Assembly (NCBI GenBank): GCA_023920165.1 | Contig: CP089275.1 | Span: forward strand, 5,456,001-5,520,000 | Source: Curvularia clavata | Taxonomy: Eukaryota | DNA: 64,000 nucleotides | Direction: 5' to 3' | Part shown: piece by piece, positions 60,409 to 64,000 of the stretch | How positions within the stretch are numbered: the first letter of the stretch is position 1 | Layout: every line of letters starts with the position of its first letter | Program-made: the position numbers and the translations under genes | Notes under the pieces: generated by a model | What the model saw: the letters and a program-made list of their open reading frames with translations, nothing else | Database searches by the model: none | Told to the model about the DNA's origin: nothing

Positions 60409-61669
60409 GCTGGGTTCTTTTTCGTTGCTGTAGGTGCGGTGGAAAGTGTAAATTAGTTGATTCGAGAGTATGGATTTTGGGTTTAATGGGTATACGGTGT
60501 GAATGGTATAGATTAGTTTCTTTGAACTAAGATTGGAAAATAGTTTTCTAGTTGTGAATTGTACGACACGGCTTTTCCGACCTGAGTCTTACGTTGTGAA
60601 ATAAAATGCTCGGTAACATCGTATCATCTTGAGAAGTCACCTTACATGTGGAAGTCTCCGTGTAGACAAATGCCGTATTTCTACCCATGGTACTCACGAT
60701 ATTCCCAATCGCATCCCTCGTTTGCCATGAAACGCCCGTTTCACCCCCACCCTCGCACGCTCCTTGGCGCTCTCCTTGGCACCTTAGATGATGCATGCAG
60801 CGAACGGAGAAATATATACCGCGCGTCCAATCACACGCTAGGAGAGAAACGACACATGGGCAAGGACGTGCAAGGACGGGGGGTATAGATTAACAAAGGT
60901 AATCAGGAAGGTGAGGATGGAGCTTTGGGCTTGGATTGTGTGGAAAAGGGTGAGGTTATCCAGCGGACATAACAATTGGCCTTTTTTGTGACACGATCGT
61001 ATTCTGGTGTTTCCAGTGCGAAGTGTCAAAGCAGTGTCTGGCGTGGGTTTTGCTCGTGCACCACCGATCCTCCCCCACTAGCTAAAAAATCTTCCGAAAA
61101 AAGTCAAGATACCGAGTCCGGGGTATTCCTAACGTCCGGTTTGAAACAAGATGTCAGCACGCAATGCCAAGGAAATTTCACTGTCCACCCCTCCGCCGCG
61201 GAAAGCAATCTCGAACCCATGATGAATGGTGGAAATGAGCCAGTTTCGGCATATGTTGACTTAACTTGTTGTGTGCAATAACAGACAGCCAAGTCTTCTG
61301 GAATCGTATTAGATGGGCTTGTATTTTCTTGCAGGGAAGGGATCGTCTGACCTGCCCCGCTCACTTCAATTTCCCCTACTGATGGGAATTCCTTGGTGCT
61401 AAGGGAAAAGGAAATGCGAAGCCCCGTGTTGTGTTTTGGTCGATCGTTCGCTTGGAATATACAGTGCGCTCACCCACCATAGAGCTGGTGGTGCTAATTT
61501 CCATATGGTGATGCAGTTGTGTTGAACACGGAGGCTTATTATCCCGTCAGACTTTAGGTGCTCTTTATTGTACAAAGTAGCATCTGCCCGTCCTGTTCTT
61601 TTTGACTTTCTCTTAGCACAGCTTTTCTCTCCCCCTCGCTTGTGTATCTTCCTGTTGTTTGCGCCCACC

Positions 61670-62731
61670 ATGCTTTACTCTCTTACGGCCCTGTTGGCCC
61701 TCACCTCCCTGGCGTCCGCACAGTGCGGCTCAGGAACTCCAGATGCCAAAGTAACCGGCTCAGGAAGCACCTTCACCGCGACCAAAGGCAGCCAGAACCT
61801 GTATTCCGGCTCCGACTACCTCAAAGCGATCCAAACCGCCGTCGATGGCATCTCCAGCGGACAGCGCGTTTCTGTCATGGCCTCCGGCAACATCGGCGCC
61901 AGCACCATCAGGATCACCAGTGGCAAGACCTTCGAAGGCTGCGGCACCATTACCGTCGCGCCCAAGAGCGGCGGCGGTAATATCGAAGTCACTGATCAAA
62001 CCGGCGTCAAGATCCCCTACCTAACCATGGCCGGTTCCACATACTTTGGCCTCCGCTTCTCAGGAACCAAGGACCTGACCCTCGGCACCATCAACTTCAA
62101 CCTCAAGGACGGCATGGGCATCCGCTTCGACCGCGACCGCGCCGCAAACACAAATGTCAAAATTGGAACCGTGACTTGCAACGGCGGCACCTCTCACTGC
62201 ATTGAGACATGGAACATCGACCGTCTAGACATCGGCACCGTCATTGGCAAGAACGTCGGCGAATGTGGTCTCCTGCTGCAGAAAGTCACAAACGCCAAAG
62301 TCGGCACCGTTGATTGCGACAATTGCGGCGCTGGAACGGGTTACGCTGCCCTTCGTTTTGCCAACGAAGCAGGCAAGCTCAACGGCGCATACAACACTAA
62401 CATCTACGTCACCCGTGTCAAGGCTAGGGGAGGCGGCCGCGGCATCTTTTGCGTCTCGGCGTCGGGCGGTGCGGAGATTGGCACCATTGATGTTGCGAAT
62501 ACGGGAAATAACGCCATTTTGCTTGAAAACTGCTACAATGTGAACATCAAGGCGGGCACGGTTAGTGGTGGCGGCGAGGTGCGTCTCGCGGCGAGGACGG
62601 AGTTTGCGAATAGTAAGGACATTGCGATCTCGCTGCGTGTGGATGGCACGACGGTGAGGGAGAGCCCTTGCACGGCGAATAAGACGAAGTGGAATTTGTC
62701 AGGCAATGGTGCACGCACTATTTGTACATAA
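61670..62731 (+). CDS. Secreted right-handed parallel beta-helix (pectin-lyase-like) protein; function unknown
   Basis: Signal peptide MLYSLTALLALTSLASA-Q; IQTAVD cap helix followed by repeating Gly/Asn/aliphatic beta-coil segments; intronless. Confidence 0.72.
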   Translation: MLYSLTALLALTSLASAQCGSGTPDAKVTGSGSTFTATKGSQNLYSGSDYLKAIQTAVDGISSGQRVSVMASGNIGASTIRITSGKTFEGCGTITVAPKSGGGNIEVTDQTGVKIPYLTMAGSTYFGLRFSGTKDLTLGTINFNLKDGMGIRFDRDRAANTNVKIGTVTCNGGTSHCIETWNIDRLDIGTVIGKNVGECGLLLQKVTNAKVGTVDCDNCGAGTGYAALRFANEAGKLNGAYNTNIYVTRVKARGGGRGIFCVSASGGAEIGTIDVANTGNNAILLENCYNVNIKAGTVSGGGEVRLAARTEFANSKDIAISLRVDGTTVRESPCTANKTKWNLSGNGARTICT

Positions 62732-62945
62732 AGGGGTGGAGAGAATCTATTGAGCAGTATTTTGAGCTTTGCTTGTAGATATGAGATTTTGATTCGTGTA
62801 GATATTGACAATTTGTTCTGGACACAAAAGTCTTTGGCTGGCAAAATGATTCTGCAAAATGTCTGATTCCAAGTTCAGTCGGTGGATCGGAATCAGTGAA
62901 TTTGACGGAATGCGGATTGAACTATACATATAAGTAGATCATGGT

Positions 62946-64000
62946 CTATATCTTGTCCCAAATCATCACACCCTCCTTCTGCATCTTTTCATACCACGCC
63001 TTCACATATGGCAGCCCGACATGCGGTCCATATGCCTTCTTCTCCCACTGCGGCGTGGGTGGCTTGAGTCCAGTCTCCGCCTCACATCTGCGCATTATCT
63101 CGCTCAGCGTGCCTCCACGGTCAATCGTACCACGCGTGCTGTAGCCCGTCTTTGCACGCTCCTTGTGTTGCGTTTCACGAAGGCGCACGGTGGCGGCTTC
63201 ATCAACGGCGAAAGTCTTCGGATCGACAATAACGCCGTAATTAGCCTTGGCACCTTCAACAGTGACCAGCCGGCGGCGAACCTCCTTGGCAACTTGCTCC
63301 TGAGGGCGTGTCAGCGGGTCGCCAAGGCCTCCGCCGCCCCAGGTTACCCATTCCAAAACATCGCCTGAGAACTGTCAGTTGTTGATCGCACTGTAAGATC
63401 TGAAAACTGACCTGGATAGACATGTATATAGTCTTGCTTGGAATGACACATCTCGATGTGTTCCTTTTCAGCCTCAGTGCCATAGCTGTTGTTTCGGTAC
63501 AACACCTTTCTTGACCTACTTCCAGGCTTTCCACCATTGACGCCCCACGGGCTGATCAGCCATCTGTCATCATGGATGCTGACGTCTCCCTCACACAAGA
63601 ATCGGTAGATTGTTCTTTGTGCGTTACCACCACGATAGTATCCAGCGCCTCCAGAGTCTGGCAAAGCCTCGTTGGCCTCGATGATAATGGGGAAGTAAAG
63701 CTCAATGCTCTCAGAAGGAATCGACTTGATAGCTGGGAACAGGCAGTGGCAGTCGGGTCCGTCGCCAATAGGTCGCGCAGGGACACCGCCGAAACCAATC
63801 TGGTACATCAAGAAGAATTCACCTTCGGGATCAAAGCCAGAGTAAAAGAGATGGGGAGAGTCTGAGAAACCGGCAGCAGAGCGATGCTCAGGGTTCTGTT
63901 GTCCAAAGAGCGCTTGAAGGATATCCATCACACGGCCTAAGAGATGTGTTCGGCAACTGACGGCAGCTGGCCGGACGGGACGGAGAACTGTGCCAGTCGG
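62946..64000 (-). CDS. Hydantoinase B / 5-oxoprolinase family protein, 3' part (5' end beyond window)
   Basis: GTVLRPVRPAAVSCRTH, GFGGVPARPIGDG, PDSGGAGYYRGG, PWGVNGGKPG, TWGGGGLGDP, NYGV; intron 63365-63411. Confidence 0.9.

Noticed and set aside
51128..64000. Possible biosynthetic or catabolic gene cluster (PLP enzyme, PUT1, CYP505, beta-helix protein, oxoprolinase)
   Set aside because: No backbone synthase, transporter or pathway regulator, and no coherent pathway; cannot exclude genes beyond the window edge.
1..64000. CRISPR arrays, rRNA, snRNAs, intact transposons, stop-codon readthrough (TGA CTA) signals
   Set aside because: Looked for by eye and none found; the sequence is eukaryotic. 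An Infernal/RepeatMasker run would be needed to exclude diverged copies.

Overview
Eukaryotic, intron-rich, gene-dense chromosomal segment of a filamentous ascomycete. Gene structure (short GT-AG introns with CTRAC branch points) and gene content suggest Pezizomycotina, possibly Dothideomycetes/Pleosporales; that assignment is inference. I can support 25 protein-coding genes, two of them truncated by the window edges, and two tRNA genes (Gly-GCC with intron, Ala-AGC). Most are housekeeping genes: RPD3, RPN11, HMT1, RTC1/SEA2, RPS21, RPL23, TED1-like, ENT3, cyclophilin, PUT1, MTC1. They are mixed with secreted or metabolic enzymes: GH115, polyamine oxidase, GMC oxidoreductase, CYP505, Cys/Met PLP enzyme, hydantoinase/oxoprolinase, a secreted alpha/beta-hydrolase-like protein and a beta-helix protein. 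I found no CRISPR, intact transposon, rRNA or secondary-metabolite backbone gene, and no clear novel multi-gene system. The best leads are: a coiled-coil protein ending in a non-basic Zn2Cys6-spaced cluster fused to a CCCH-like finger; two uncharacterised secreted enzymes; an RGG/AT-hook nuclear protein; a compact AP-endonuclease/metacaspase bidirectional promoter; a GC-AG intron; a 10-mer shared upstream of both tRNAs; and a perfect 11-bp inverted repeat. All calls come from reading the sequence by eye; no searches were run.
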